This document shows positions 1 through 11,907 of a stretch of DNA of 64,000 bases, one piece after another; within the stretch, counting starts at the first letter, position 1; each line of letters begins with the position of its first letter. The stretch lies in NCBI GenBank assembly GCA_951406725.2, contig OX597830.1, positions 61,008,001 through 61,072,000 on the forward strand, read 5' to 3'. The DNA is from Octopus vulgaris (lineage: Eukaryota). A program made the translations under genes and the position numbers. The notes beneath the pieces were generated by a model. It saw only the letters and a list, made by a program, of their open reading frames with translations. It was not told where the DNA came from and made no database searches.

Positions 1-84
<84 letters not shown>

Positions 85-1195
85 CTAGTAATTTCCTTAA
101 TCTTTCTTCTCTCTCTCTTTCTGTGGTACGTTTGAAGTTCATTCCTCCTGTTTGTTTAATTCGCATAAACATCAAGTTATGACGGCAGCTACTGTTGTAG
201 TCGCGGGATTAAATAGTTTGCTTTTATAAACTAAAATCGTTCCGCCTAGATTCGCGGGTGTCTATTTAAGCTTCCCAACTTATATTCACCCAGTAGAGCA
301 CCATGAATATAGTATTCATTCATTTTCTAAGACAGTTTTATTTATTGATAATTTATAAAGTCATCTTTTCATTCCTGTTACCGTTCCTAGCCATACCAAC
401 CATACCTGATGTCAACAACTGCTAAATATTGCGTGGCTTAACGAGTCACGGTCTTTAGTTCAACAGTGGATGAGAAGGTGAGTACTCATTGGAATATTAG
501 ATATTAAATTGTGCTAAATAGTCCATATTTTGTTTGTGTTGTACATTTGAAATCTATTTTTCAGATTTGTTTAATTCGTGTAGATATTAAGTCATGGCAC
601 CGACTACCTTCTATCCTTTGTTCATTCTAACTGCGACATGACGTCGCTAAATCATTACGCACATTCCCATTCGCAGAAAAAAATTGCTCTGGGATAAATA
701 TAAAGAATTCTATTGTTAGTAAATAGACATAGATATCAACATAGAGAATATTGGTGGAATATTCCCAACGAAACTTCTACCGAGGGCAATCATAACAGGA
801 CTGATATTGCGTTTTGGGTACAGGAAAAGAAATACCATGTACAGTGAAAGAAATTAGTTGCTCTGTAAACATCTCTTCCAAAATCAGTGTGAAGCAGAAT
901 ATTTATGGATAATTGCTTCGAAACTTGCTAAGATTTTGGGGTTTACATGCACTTTACAGATACGATCTGAACCTGGAATACTAAAGTATGCAGGATTTTT
1001 TTAACGTCTAATTATGTAACACTTGTCATTGTTTTTATCCAAATTCCAACGATGGACCTCTTGGTCCTTTGTTAGAAAACCCACAACTTCTTTCTAAAAA
1101 GAATTATAATAATAAGAGACGTACATATATACATACACACATGCGCACACATACACATAAATATGTATCAAAGTGCATAAAATGAAGGTATCACT

Positions 1196-1424
1196 GCGGC
1201 GAGCTGGCAGAGTGGTTAGCACGCCGGGCGAAATGCGTACCCGTATTTCGTCTGCCGTTACGTTCTGAGTTCAAATTCCGCCGAGGTCGACTTTGCCTTT
1301 CATCCTTTCGAGGTCGATAAATTAAGTACCAGTTACGCACTGGGGTCGATATAATCGACTTAATCCGTCTGTCTGTCCTTGTTTGTCTCCTCGGTGTTTA
1401 TCCCCTTGTGGGTAGTAAAGAAAG
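1196..1424 (+). mobile_element. tRNA-derived SINE, family A (Meta-domain-like), full copy with TSD
   Basis: A-box-like GAGCTGGCAGAGTGG, B-box-like GAGTTCAAATTCC and central GCCTTTCATCCTTTCGAGGTCGATAAATTAAGTACC. Flanked by the direct repeat AGGTATCACTGCG (starts 1186 and 1425). More than ten related copies occur in the window. Confidence 0.85.
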
Positions 1425-2031
1425 AGGTATCACTGCGATGTTTGTTCCGGATCTTTGCGTTCTTGGTTCAAATTTCTCCTAGGTTAACTTTTCCGGGTTG
1501 ATAACTAAATTCCAAGTTCAGTGTTGGTGTAGGTCTCTCTCTCTCCCACCAGCTTTCACATTCATTCACTCACACTCATTCACTCATTCACTCACTCACT
1601 CACTCACGCACTCACTCTCACACACGCATAAGCATTATTACATATTTCTTGTACAGCAATGAAAGTCAGGTTTTTTTTTAAGGGAATAGTTGAAGAGAGG
1701 ATGTGACAGTCACGTGATTACAAATATTAGTGATACATGAGGAAAGAAAAGCAAACATACAACTAGAAATTCAAACTTTTAATGGATTACCTTTGCACGA
1801 TGTCGCTTATCACAAAGTCAAACAAAAAGTGTTTGTAATAAAATGTTAAACACTTCTTCGAAAATGAATATCTTCCATTTGAAATACCGGCCACACACAC
1901 AATTTTTATTTTAAAATTTATCTGGATGTAAGAAAAATGTAAATATATATCTAACCGTATTTCAATCATATTTAAATATTCATACGTATACACACGCTTA
2001 CATGCACGCCACATGTCTGCGAAGCTTAGCC

Positions 2032-2145
<114 letters not shown>

Positions 2146-2174
2146 ATATATATATACATATATATACACATATG

Positions 2175-2209
<35 letters not shown>

Positions 2210-2266
2210 TTATCTATTTATCCATCTGTCTGTCTGTCTGTCTGTATATATACATATATATACACG

Positions 2267-2331
<65 letters not shown>

Positions 2332-2364
2332 GTCTCTCTCTATATATATACATAGATATACACA

Positions 2365-2397
<33 letters not shown>

Positions 2398-2434
2398 GCC
2401 TCTCTCTCTATATATATACATAGATATACACATA

Positions 2435-2475
<41 letters not shown>

Positions 2476-2899
2476 TTGCCTAGCCATCTGTTTGTTTGTC
2501 TTAACCGGAACTTACCTTAGTTCTACACTGCTTGTATCACCAAATCGTGTTCGTAGAAAAACGAAGAAAAGACGAGGATATATTTCTAGACAGGTTTAAT
2601 TCATATAAAGATACACCACTGTCTGATTGTTCAGTAGAAGTTGGGAATGTTTTCGAAGAGGTTACAAACCAGCTACAGCAAGCGACAAGCCAAAACATTT
2701 GAAACAGGGACAAGAGCAGGTGAGAAATCAAGAAATAGAAATCAGGTGGTATAGAAGGCTGTTGTTATTGCTGTTGTTGTTGTCGTTGCCATTACTGTTG
2801 TTGATATTAATGTTCTTCTTCATGTTGGTTGCTGTTGTAAGAAAAAAAAAATGCGGTGCGCTGGTGCGATAACATGCCACTGCTATTCATGAAGAAAAT

Positions 2900-3370
2900 G
2901 GTGTTAGTTGTAATAATTTTAAGAACAATTTGGTGATGGTTGTGATAATGTTGGTTATAAGCAATATGGAGGTGGTTGTTGTGATAATGTTGGTTATAAG
3001 CAATATGGAGGTGGTTGTTGTGATAATGTTGATTATGATCAAAATGGAGGTGCTTGTAATAATGTTGATTATGGAGAAATGGTGGTGGTTATTGTGATAA
3101 TAATGATTATGAACAATTTGGTGATGGTTGTGATAATGTTGATTATGAGCAATATTGAGGTGGTTGTTGTGATAATGTTGGTTTTTGTGAAAAAAATGGT
3201 GGTTGTTATTGTGATAATGCTGATTATAGGGAAATGGTGGTGGTTGTTATTGTGATAATGTTCCTTATAACCAGAATGGAGGTGGTTATTATGATAATAT
3301 TGATTATGGGGAAATGGCGGTGGTTATTGTAATAATACCGATAATGGTCAAATTAGTTGATTATGATAAT
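2900..3370. repeat. Degenerate minisatellite, ~40-45 bp unit, ~10 copies
   Basis: Recurring GTTGTGATAATGTTG(G/A)TTAT(A/G)AGCAATATGGAGGTGGTT-like units. Confidence 0.8.
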
Positions 3371-4191
3371 TTAAACGACGAATTTCCAGAAATAAGGCAA
3401 ATCTCAGTTTAGCAGAAGAAAAGAAAGCTGAGATATTGAGATGATATATTTCTCAACAGGTTAGGTTTGCAATAAAGTAAATCGACACCAGCGAAGAATC
3501 GAAACCGGGTCGGAGATTCGACTCTCGAGTGTAACTATACAGTATTGGGCTCTCTTTCAAACTGTGCTTTTTTTCTTTATTGTTGTTGGTGCAGCTTTAG
3601 TGAGGCTTTTGACTATTGTTGTTGTTGTTGATGACAGCAACAACAACGACGACGATGATAATGGTGATGATGAGGACGGCGACGGTGATGATAACATTGG
3701 AGAAGACCAGTGTCATCTTATGTTGTTGATAATATTGCTGTGTATGGAATTGATTGTGGTAATTACAGTGCGGTCGATGTTAATGACTTCGACGATGACA
3801 ACGTCGACGTCTACGACGAGACAAGACAGCGAAGGGGACGGCGATTATGAAAGATGGCATTAATGCTATTACTAATAAAGTTCTTATTAATAGTTCTTAT
3901 TGATGTTGTTGTTGCTCTTGATATCGTGCAGGTTAGTTTTATCGATGTTATTGTTGCTATTGGTTTTATATTGCTATTGCTTTTGTTTAGCCCTGGGTTA
4001 ATCCTGGCTCATCGAAAGCGTTCTAACCATGACGAACCCGTCTTTTACTTTCAGACAGAGAGCATCTTGAACTACATTATTCGCTGTTCTAGATTAAAGC
4101 AAGAAGGTAGTATAAGAAGGATATTTGACTGCTTTTTCTAGCAAACGAGTGCTACCCACAGACTTCCCTCTTTTGCTGTTGTTATCGTGGC

Positions 4192-4268
<77 letters not shown>

Positions 4269-4373
4269 CTGCTATGCTGTTGCTACTAGTATTGTTATTA
4301 TTTGTGGCGACACTTTGTTTTATTTAGGATTTATCTCTCCTTGTGCTTGTATGCATGATGTGTGTGTGCGCGC

Positions 4374-4410
<37 letters not shown>

Positions 4411-5064
4411 TGTGTGTGTGTGTGTGTGCGTGTGTGTGTTTGTGTGTGCGTTGTTTGTATTCTGTTTTCAGATGATTCTTCCAGGAGGAAGAAACTATCA
4501 ACAACATCAACAGCAACAACAACAACAACAACAAATAATAAAGCAAAAAAACAAAAAAACAAATCACACACAAAAAAGAAAAAAAAACAAAAACGAAAAA
4601 CAAAACAGTGACCACCCAACAGCATCAGTCGCGCAGCAAGAAGAGCTACAAGAACGTGAAGAACAAAAACAAAATTAACAAGAACAAGAAGAATCTCAAA
4701 GATGATATAATACAGTTCTGGAATGTTGTGAAAAGTTCAGTTTTACAGTCAAATATTTTTGCAGATTGCCTGGAAGGGAAGAGAAAATGAATCGTGGTGT
4801 TTATGAATTTAGAGCTTGAAAATAAGAATCAAAAACAGTGTAAGGCGAAAACTTTCAGTAATACAACGATAACGCCAGGTTTACAGTAAAAATGTAGGAC
4901 GAAAATATAAATATAATAAAATGGTGCAAAGGCCGGGGTTTGGGGGTCAGGCACTAGGAGCCCGGGGGACCTTCATTCACCTTTTATTGTCCACTATACT
5001 TCTATTTTTTTCCGTCTTTTCTTTTATTGCTTCATAGTGCATGGATGTATGTGCGTGTGTGTGT

Positions 5065-5142
<78 letters not shown>

Positions 5143-5503
5143 GTGTGAGGTGTTGTACAAGTCTTATTGGACCTAAAAATTTTAGGTTGCGCCATCGCGG
5201 GCGAGGCGAATTTCCGATGCTCGTCCGAGTAGGAGGGCGCTGCTGCGCAAGTATGGAAGTTGCGGGTGGAAGCACCGACTTTAGGTGCAATAAACACATG
5301 CATGCACGGGCATTGCTGAGTGGGCAATCGTTAGTGATGGTCATCCTTGGTCACGAGTGGACAGTCATCGTATATGTATGTATGTATATATATATATATA
5401 TATATATATACCTATGTAGGTAGGTATGCATGTATATTTGTATATGTATGTATATATATATATATTATATGCATATACATATATGTATATGCATAATAAT
5501 AAT

Positions 5504-5537
<34 letters not shown>

Positions 5538-6230
5538 ATACAACTATAAAGATACGTATACACGTGTATGTGTGTGCGCATGCGCGTGTATACGTCATAA
5601 GAGACACATGCATATACTTATGCAAATGCACATAAGGAAAAGTAATTACAAATTAGTGGATACAGGGAAGTGAAAGTGTACTCAATACAATGAAGTAGAG
5701 TGGAGTAATTTTTTTATTTAAAGATGTACTATCACAGCTCGCAACTTTGCGTTTCTCCCTGCCGTTGTCATGGCAACGCGAAACTGGGAATAGCGATCTG
5801 TGAATGGACTAAACGGAAAATATATTGGCATATAAGTATGTTATACGTTTAATGAACCACTTTGGTTTCAGTTGTCTTAGTGTAGTAACTAATAATATTA
5901 TTATCGACGTCTCAGAGTGGCTTCTAAGTTTCATCCAGTCCTGTCAGACCCTCTCACGCACAAATCTACGTATTTATTTTCCTGTAGCAATGCTTTTATA
6001 TCTGGTATCTATATAATATTAGACTTTTATGGTTAGACTTCTTTTTCATTTGAGCCATTCTTCGTTGCTTTCATCCAGTATTATTTCGTGTTCCCTTTAT
6101 TTGTTTCTTTGTTTGTTTCTTTCTTCTCATTTACCACCTCCTGGCTAATTTATTTGGGATTTAAACACTCTTTGATGTCTGAACCCCACCTCTCTCTCTC
6201 TATTTATCTGTCTGTCTGTCTCTCTTTCTG

Positions 6231-6280
<50 letters not shown>

Positions 6281-6286
6281 CACACA

Positions 6287-6370
<84 letters not shown>

Positions 6371-6371
<1 letters not shown>

Positions 6372-6605
6372 TTTATTGAACAGCAGCAGAAATTCAACAA
6401 AACCTGTTACTCGGAGTTTCACGTTCCCGTTCGTCGGACAGTTTTTGTTAATATTTTAACAAAAACTGTCCGACGAACGGGAACGTGAAACTCCGAGTAA
6501 CAGGTTTTGTTGAATTTCTGCTGCTTTTAAATAAAGCATATTACTCTACCCCTGGTATTTGAGTACTCTTTTTCTCACCTTGTTTCACATTTATGTGTTT
6601 ACTCC
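6371..6605. mobile_element. Penelope-like terminal fragment with 70-bp perfect inverted arms
   Basis: 6382-6451 is the exact reverse complement of 6456-6525 (loop TATT). It is followed by an AATAAA...TTACTCT...GAGTAC tail also seen at 17963-17998, and it is embedded in (TA)n. Confidence 0.7.
6466..6503 (+). ncRNA. Type-I hammerhead ribozyme-like motif (U4C core variant); mirror copy on - strand
   Basis: Stem I CTGT/ACAG; core CCGACGA (vs CUGANGA); stem II ACG-GGAA-CGT; GAAA; stem III CTC-C-GAG; UH = TA. Confidence 0.6.
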
Positions 6606-6615
6606 GGTATATATA

Positions 6616-6658
<43 letters not shown>

Positions 6659-6669
6659 TATTTAAATAT

Positions 6670-6858
6670 GTAGAAGGTTACACGGGGCCGAGGGGGAGAC
6701 GAATAACGAGATAGTTGGCCGATATTCATAGTCTCAGTTGGTCATGCTTCGGAATCTTGCAGGGAGGTGTAGTGACAGTTGCTTCTGAAAGGACCCTATG
6801 GAGGCAGTGCCTGAGGACTCTGCCTCCATGACCCTCTCAGGAATAGCGCGGGGAAGAC
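6670..6858 (+). mobile_element. RTE-like LINE 3' end fragment
   Basis: Degenerate translation RPRGRRITR*LADIHSLSW...ERTLWRQCLRTLPP, typical of an RTE C-terminus, followed by a (CA)n tail. Confidence 0.5.
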
Positions 6859-7016
6859 ACACACACACACACACACATATATATATGTCCCTTTCTGTAG
6901 AAAAGTGTAGGCTCGAAACGTAAAAGACCTTTTCTATTCCTGAGCGTTATACTAATACATCTGTTTGTTTTGTACACCACCTGTCTTCGTCTTTTGTTTT
7001 TTTTTCGTAAACTCTC

Positions 7017-7063
<47 letters not shown>

Positions 7064-7894
7064 CACTTCAGTCTTTGTATAGATCTCAACATAGAGTCAC
7101 AAAATATACAGATCTTGGTTAGGAACCCTGCTCAGGAGCTTACAGCTGATACATCAACTGAAACGCCAGGCTTACTGAATCAGAATGTAAGTGGACAAGT
7201 ATACAGCAAACATGTGTAGCTTTGATGTAATTCATAAGCGGAATCAACATGGCAAGTATGACAAGGCTGGATACTTGAAATTCAAGTACAATCCATCCGA
7301 TGAGCTTCTAACTCTTTATACAAATTCATTCACAAGATATGAATCGACCCGAGGCTATTGAAAATGAAACTTTTCCAAACTGTCACGCAGTAGAATCGAA
7401 CTTGGGGCTCCTGATTACAAAACTAACTTCTTAACTTGCAGCCACATTGCTTTTACTACGTACACTTCATGTTGAGTGTGTGCTTGTATTATTGTCTCTG
7501 TATACATTGCAGATCTTTTTTCTATAATTCTCCTTGTCCAAGCTATTTGTATAGCCACACTGCGTCTCTGAATAGCCATTGTTTCTCTGTGCAACTCTTA
7601 CTAAGACTACTATGTTTATACTTTCTCTAATTTGCAGGCAGTTTTGTTACACTCACACTCATACATGCATATATTTACACACACACACACACACACACGT
7701 ACGTATGTATAAGTTTTTTAATTACTGTTGTGAAGCTACACCAGTGATAAAGTGCTTACAGGTTTGTGCCTATGTTTTGAGTCATTGATGTAGCTTATCA
7801 GGTGTAGTAAATTAAGCACTCTACTTTATGTATTGAATTCCATTTCTCCCGCTCATGTAAACAACTACACACACACACACAGACACACACACAG

Positions 7895-7928
<34 letters not shown>

Positions 7929-8577
7929 ACAGAGGCATATATATATATACACGCATAAACTTGGGTGTATTTGTATGTGGGTATTTTTATGTATGGATGA
8001 ATAAAAGGCGAATAAGATCAAAGTTTTTTTCATAACAATAAGCAAAATGGTTTTTCTTTTTTTTTTTCATTTTCTCGTTATATATTTCAATATTCTTTGA
8101 TTGAAGGATATTTTTAGCTTAAAATGACTCTTCTATTTCAACACAAATCTTTCTTGCTTCACAGACATTAATTTGGTGAATTAGAAACACGTCTAAGTTT
8201 GAATGTTTAGGCTGTCTTTTTTTTTTGTTAGCATTGGCGAAGCTTTTGTTCTTGTTGTTGCTGTTACTTGTAGGACGGCTTTGTTCTTGTGTTTATCAGC
8301 TATTGTAGTCCAAATATCGATGCAATTCCCACAGAATTTTCTCTTGAAAAAATGTCTTTGCTTTAGCAAAATTAAAGCTACACCAATGCAGAAAGTAAAT
8401 GAAAGAATTGTGTTTATGTGTTTAGATATATGCATGTATGGACGTATGTATGTAAATATGCATATATTGACATATGTATGCATACAAATATGCATTTATG
8501 TAAATACGTAACTATTTATAAATGTACTTAAGTATGTACATGTATATGTTTGGGTATTGTATCCCTCTGTATGTACG

Positions 8578-8884
8578 TTTATTTTGTGAGTTAGGTATGA
8601 ATTAAAACAAAAAGTGAATAGTCAAAGATCCAAAGGAAACAAAAATTTCTGCTAGGATGTAAAATTAAGGAATCAGTCAGATATATAAAACAAAGGAATT
8701 AAAATAAACGTTAAGATATTTTGAACAGTCTTTTCATCCTTTATATCATTTAGTCCTTCCTTTCCTTTCTGTCGTTTTCTGGTGTCTTACTATCTGATCT
8801 TCAGCCCTCTCTTGCAGCGTCGAAATTTTTGGCATATTTCATTGTTATTTTTACATTTCATCTCATTCATTACATTTCAATGTA

Positions 8885-8934
<50 letters not shown>

Positions 8935-8987
8935 TTATTATTAAATAATAATAACAATAATAATAATAATAATAAAAATTATTATTA

Positions 8988-9027
<40 letters not shown>

Positions 9028-9095
9028 GTAAAAATAAAAAATAATAAAGTTTTCTCTCTCGCTTCGATACTTTTTTAAAATATATCTTATAATTA
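8578..9095 (-). other. Probable hedgehog 3' UTR with (TTA)n tract and candidate AATAAA at 8578-8583
   Basis: Lies directly after the stop codon. It contains an AU-rich (TTA)n tract at about 8886-9045, and TTTATT on + reads AATAAA on -. The true 3' end is unknown. Confidence 0.35.
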
Positions 9096-9787
9096 TTAGT
9101 CATTCATGTATAATAATGTTCTATCCATGAATAGAGGAGCGATCTTGTATAAAAGTTTTGCATACCAATGGATGCCATCGATGGCATATGAGGCCAATGG
9201 ACTGTCAGCCCAGGATACAAAAGGGATGTGACTCGTTACCTGGTGGAGTCCTCGTAAGAAGAAAAACGACGCATGCGCAATGTAATCGCTGTTTATGAAC
9301 GCATAGCAAGAGACGACAACGCCATCGACGATGATGTTACCAGCTTTTGTAAGCGGTGCCACAACACCTTTCTCTGAGACAGCTGCTATTTTCTTTACTC
9401 GGGAAGCAAACAATCCCGCCGTTCCGTCCGTTGTCATAACATAATCTCCAATCTGGACCTGGTCAGCATATGTAGCTTCGAACTCAGAATCATTGTCATT
9501 CAGGTCAAACCGTGTTCGATTTGTGTAAGAGGAATAAATTAAGTGCTTTCCAGTCAGTCGAATTGTATGGCCGTTCTCTGTTTCAATTCGGTGAAAGTAG
9601 CCACTAGAATCTTTATTGGTGTCCAAAAATGCTATCACTTCACTGTAAGTTAACTCGCCTTGAAGGTCGACCGATAAAACACTGTCACCAACTTTTAACT
9701 GGTCCAGGGCTATGGTGCCTTTGTTTCGAACTACGACTTTGCCTGTTTTTGGGAAGCATCCTCCGTAGTGGGTAGTATCAAGAGAAT
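9096..9787 (-). CDS. hh: Hedgehog, last coding exon (end of Hh-N, Hint/HOG autoprocessing domain, sterol-recognition region)
   Basis: Minus-strand acceptor ...tatattttcAG (AG at 9789-9788), phase 1, then an open frame (D)SLDTTHYGG|CFPKTGKVVVRNKGTIALDQLKVGDSVLSVDLQGELTYSEVIAFLD...LTGKHLIY...APLTKAGNIIVDGVVVSCYA...HWYAKLLYKI to a stop at 9096. The GCF cleavage Cys (9756-9758), FLD Asp, TxxH and SCYA are the canonical Hedgehog Hint residues, and the exon boundary matches the conserved last hh intron. Confidence 0.96.
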
Positions 9788-11301
9788 CTGAAAATATATA
9801 GACAAATTTATTTTTATTCAGATGAAGTAAAACAGCATGTTTCTAATGGACATAAATAAAGGTTCAATGTTATAAATCAGCCAAAAAAGAAGCTAATTTG
9901 ACATAGAAATCTTATCCGGAATTTGCTCATAAAAAGATACCATATGTTGGTGACGGAGAACATAAAGACGGGTGAGCAATCCGACCCTTCAATAGCTTTA
10001 CAGGCACTAATGTCTTCACTACAGCGACCAACACTTACTCAGTTACTACCATCACTCAAATAAATATCTGTAGGTGATATTGTCAACCATTTAACGTGTG
10101 AGTCTAACAAGATGGCACAATAAACGTTACAAAAGAAGACACGATAGAATAGAGAAAAAAATATACAGAATTTTGTAGGAAATTTGAATTCCAAGTCGAT
10201 GTTAAACGGTTTCATAACTTCTCAGAATCTGGTATCGAAAATGATTATTGTAAGACTATGCTGGATATATGACCATAATAAAGGACAAAAGAAACTAAGG
10301 TCATTGATGTTTCTGTATGATAGAAGAGTTGGTGCAAAAGGATTTAAAAGTATCTGGACGTGGTGTGAGAACTTCAGAACATCTGAGTCACGCAACCGAT
10401 ATTAAGAGTTGCTATTTATTCAATGCTATAAGAGAAGTAGAATTAACACTGAAAGCTGCTGTTTATGAGATTAATACATTGGAATTCAGACACTGCTAGC
10501 AAAACTTATTCAACCGCCGAAATCCGGAAATACTGTCGGAGCACAAACTTATGTAGTGTTTGAGCACATTGCTGACTAGTGGAGTTGTATTGATATGGAT
10601 GATGGCCCGACTATCGGCCAAGTCTATCGTGAAGATCGGCCCCACCACTCCATTTTAATAGAACTAGCCACACAGCTTTCCTCTGTTCTGAGGCTATGGT
10701 GAAAGAGGCAGAAAGGATTGAAGACAAATAATTACTCATCGACTTTTTAAAGTTTGATTTGAAAAAAGAAAATGAAGGTGGAGAGGGAACTGCTCTCCTC
10801 TAGCTGATGATGAACAGAAAACAGAGTGAATTTAATTACCCTAAACATGTGCCAATAGATCGAAGAACAACAGTTGGGAGAAGACATGTACCCTTGGTGT
10901 CGGAATGATCTTGGATCATTGGGATTCCTTCAGTGACTTTATTTGGAGACTCTTGTATATTAGAAGAACGATATCATCCATCTGTTCAAACGCGTTGCGG
11001 CATTTGTTCCGACGTCTTTACGTTCTGACTTGAAATCCTTCTGAAATCAACATTGTTTTTTCTTCCATTCGAGTCTCTAAAATTAAGTACCTGTCAAGTA
11101 TTAGTGTCGATGTTATCCACTAACACGCCTTCTTCGAAAATTTCTGGCCTTGTACTTATTTTGTAAACAACAACACGACGACGACGACCACCACCACCAC
11201 CACGACCACGACCACCACCACCAGCAGCAGCAGCAGCAGCAACAACAACAACAACAACAAGAACAACAACAACAATAACCACAACAACTACAGCAACAAA
11301 T

Positions 11302-11850
11302 ATCCTGATGCAGTACTAGGCAGTGGCTCTCGTGGCTTTTGATCTTAACTGATTGGAAGTGTCACCATGTACATGTTTTGTCTTGGTATAAAAGATGGGC
11401 TACAGCAAATATTCTGCTCAATACCACAGATTCTCTTGTCAGTTGTCTGACGTTAACCAGTTGACCATGTCCCTTGGTGGCTGACGATATATGCATCCCT
11501 GATCATGAGCAGAAGTAGTGGGGAAGCATCCTAGCCATGTGTTGAGACGAATTGTTTAGGGTTTGAATAAATCACCTCTGGAAACATGGCTCTTTCATTC
11601 ATCATCCTTAAACAGACCTTATTCAGGCACCTTTTGAGTGGGATGGGCTACTCGATCTGAAGAAAATTCTAACCGGGTTTCACCTGCAAGGTCATGCACT
11701 ATTTATCTTGATATGAGATCACCACGTCGCGCACATATGGTTGTGAGGCATGTGCTTGGTGTATCTTTATCAGACGGGTAGTCATGATGAGTATATCAGG
11801 CTTCACGAATTTGTACCCCAGTGTCACTTTGATGGAATGCGCAGATCTCT
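11302..11850 (+). mobile_element. ~550-bp non-coding retroposon ending in (TAA)n (probable R4/Dong 3' UTR or non-autonomous partner)
   Basis: Bounded by CAA/TAA tracts. Its 3' ~230 bp recurs inverted at about 57120-57345, again abutting (TTA)n. Confidence 0.6.
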
Positions 11851-11863
11851 TAATAATAATAAC

Positions 11864-11904
<41 letters not shown>

Positions 11905-11907
<3 letters not shown>

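Noticed and set aside
2900-3370. Regularly spaced repeats resembling a CRISPR array
   Set aside because: The units are head-to-tail degenerate copies without unique spacers, there are no cas genes, and the context is eukaryotic.
5271-5290. GCACCGACT similarity to the Cas9 tracrRNA terminal hairpin
   Set aside because: Only about 9 nt match, which is expected by chance, and no other scaffold sequence is present.
9096-9758. Hint domain as a self-splicing intein
   Set aside because: There is no C-terminal HN/C-extein junction. It ends in the Hedgehog sterol-recognition region and follows a GG|CF site.
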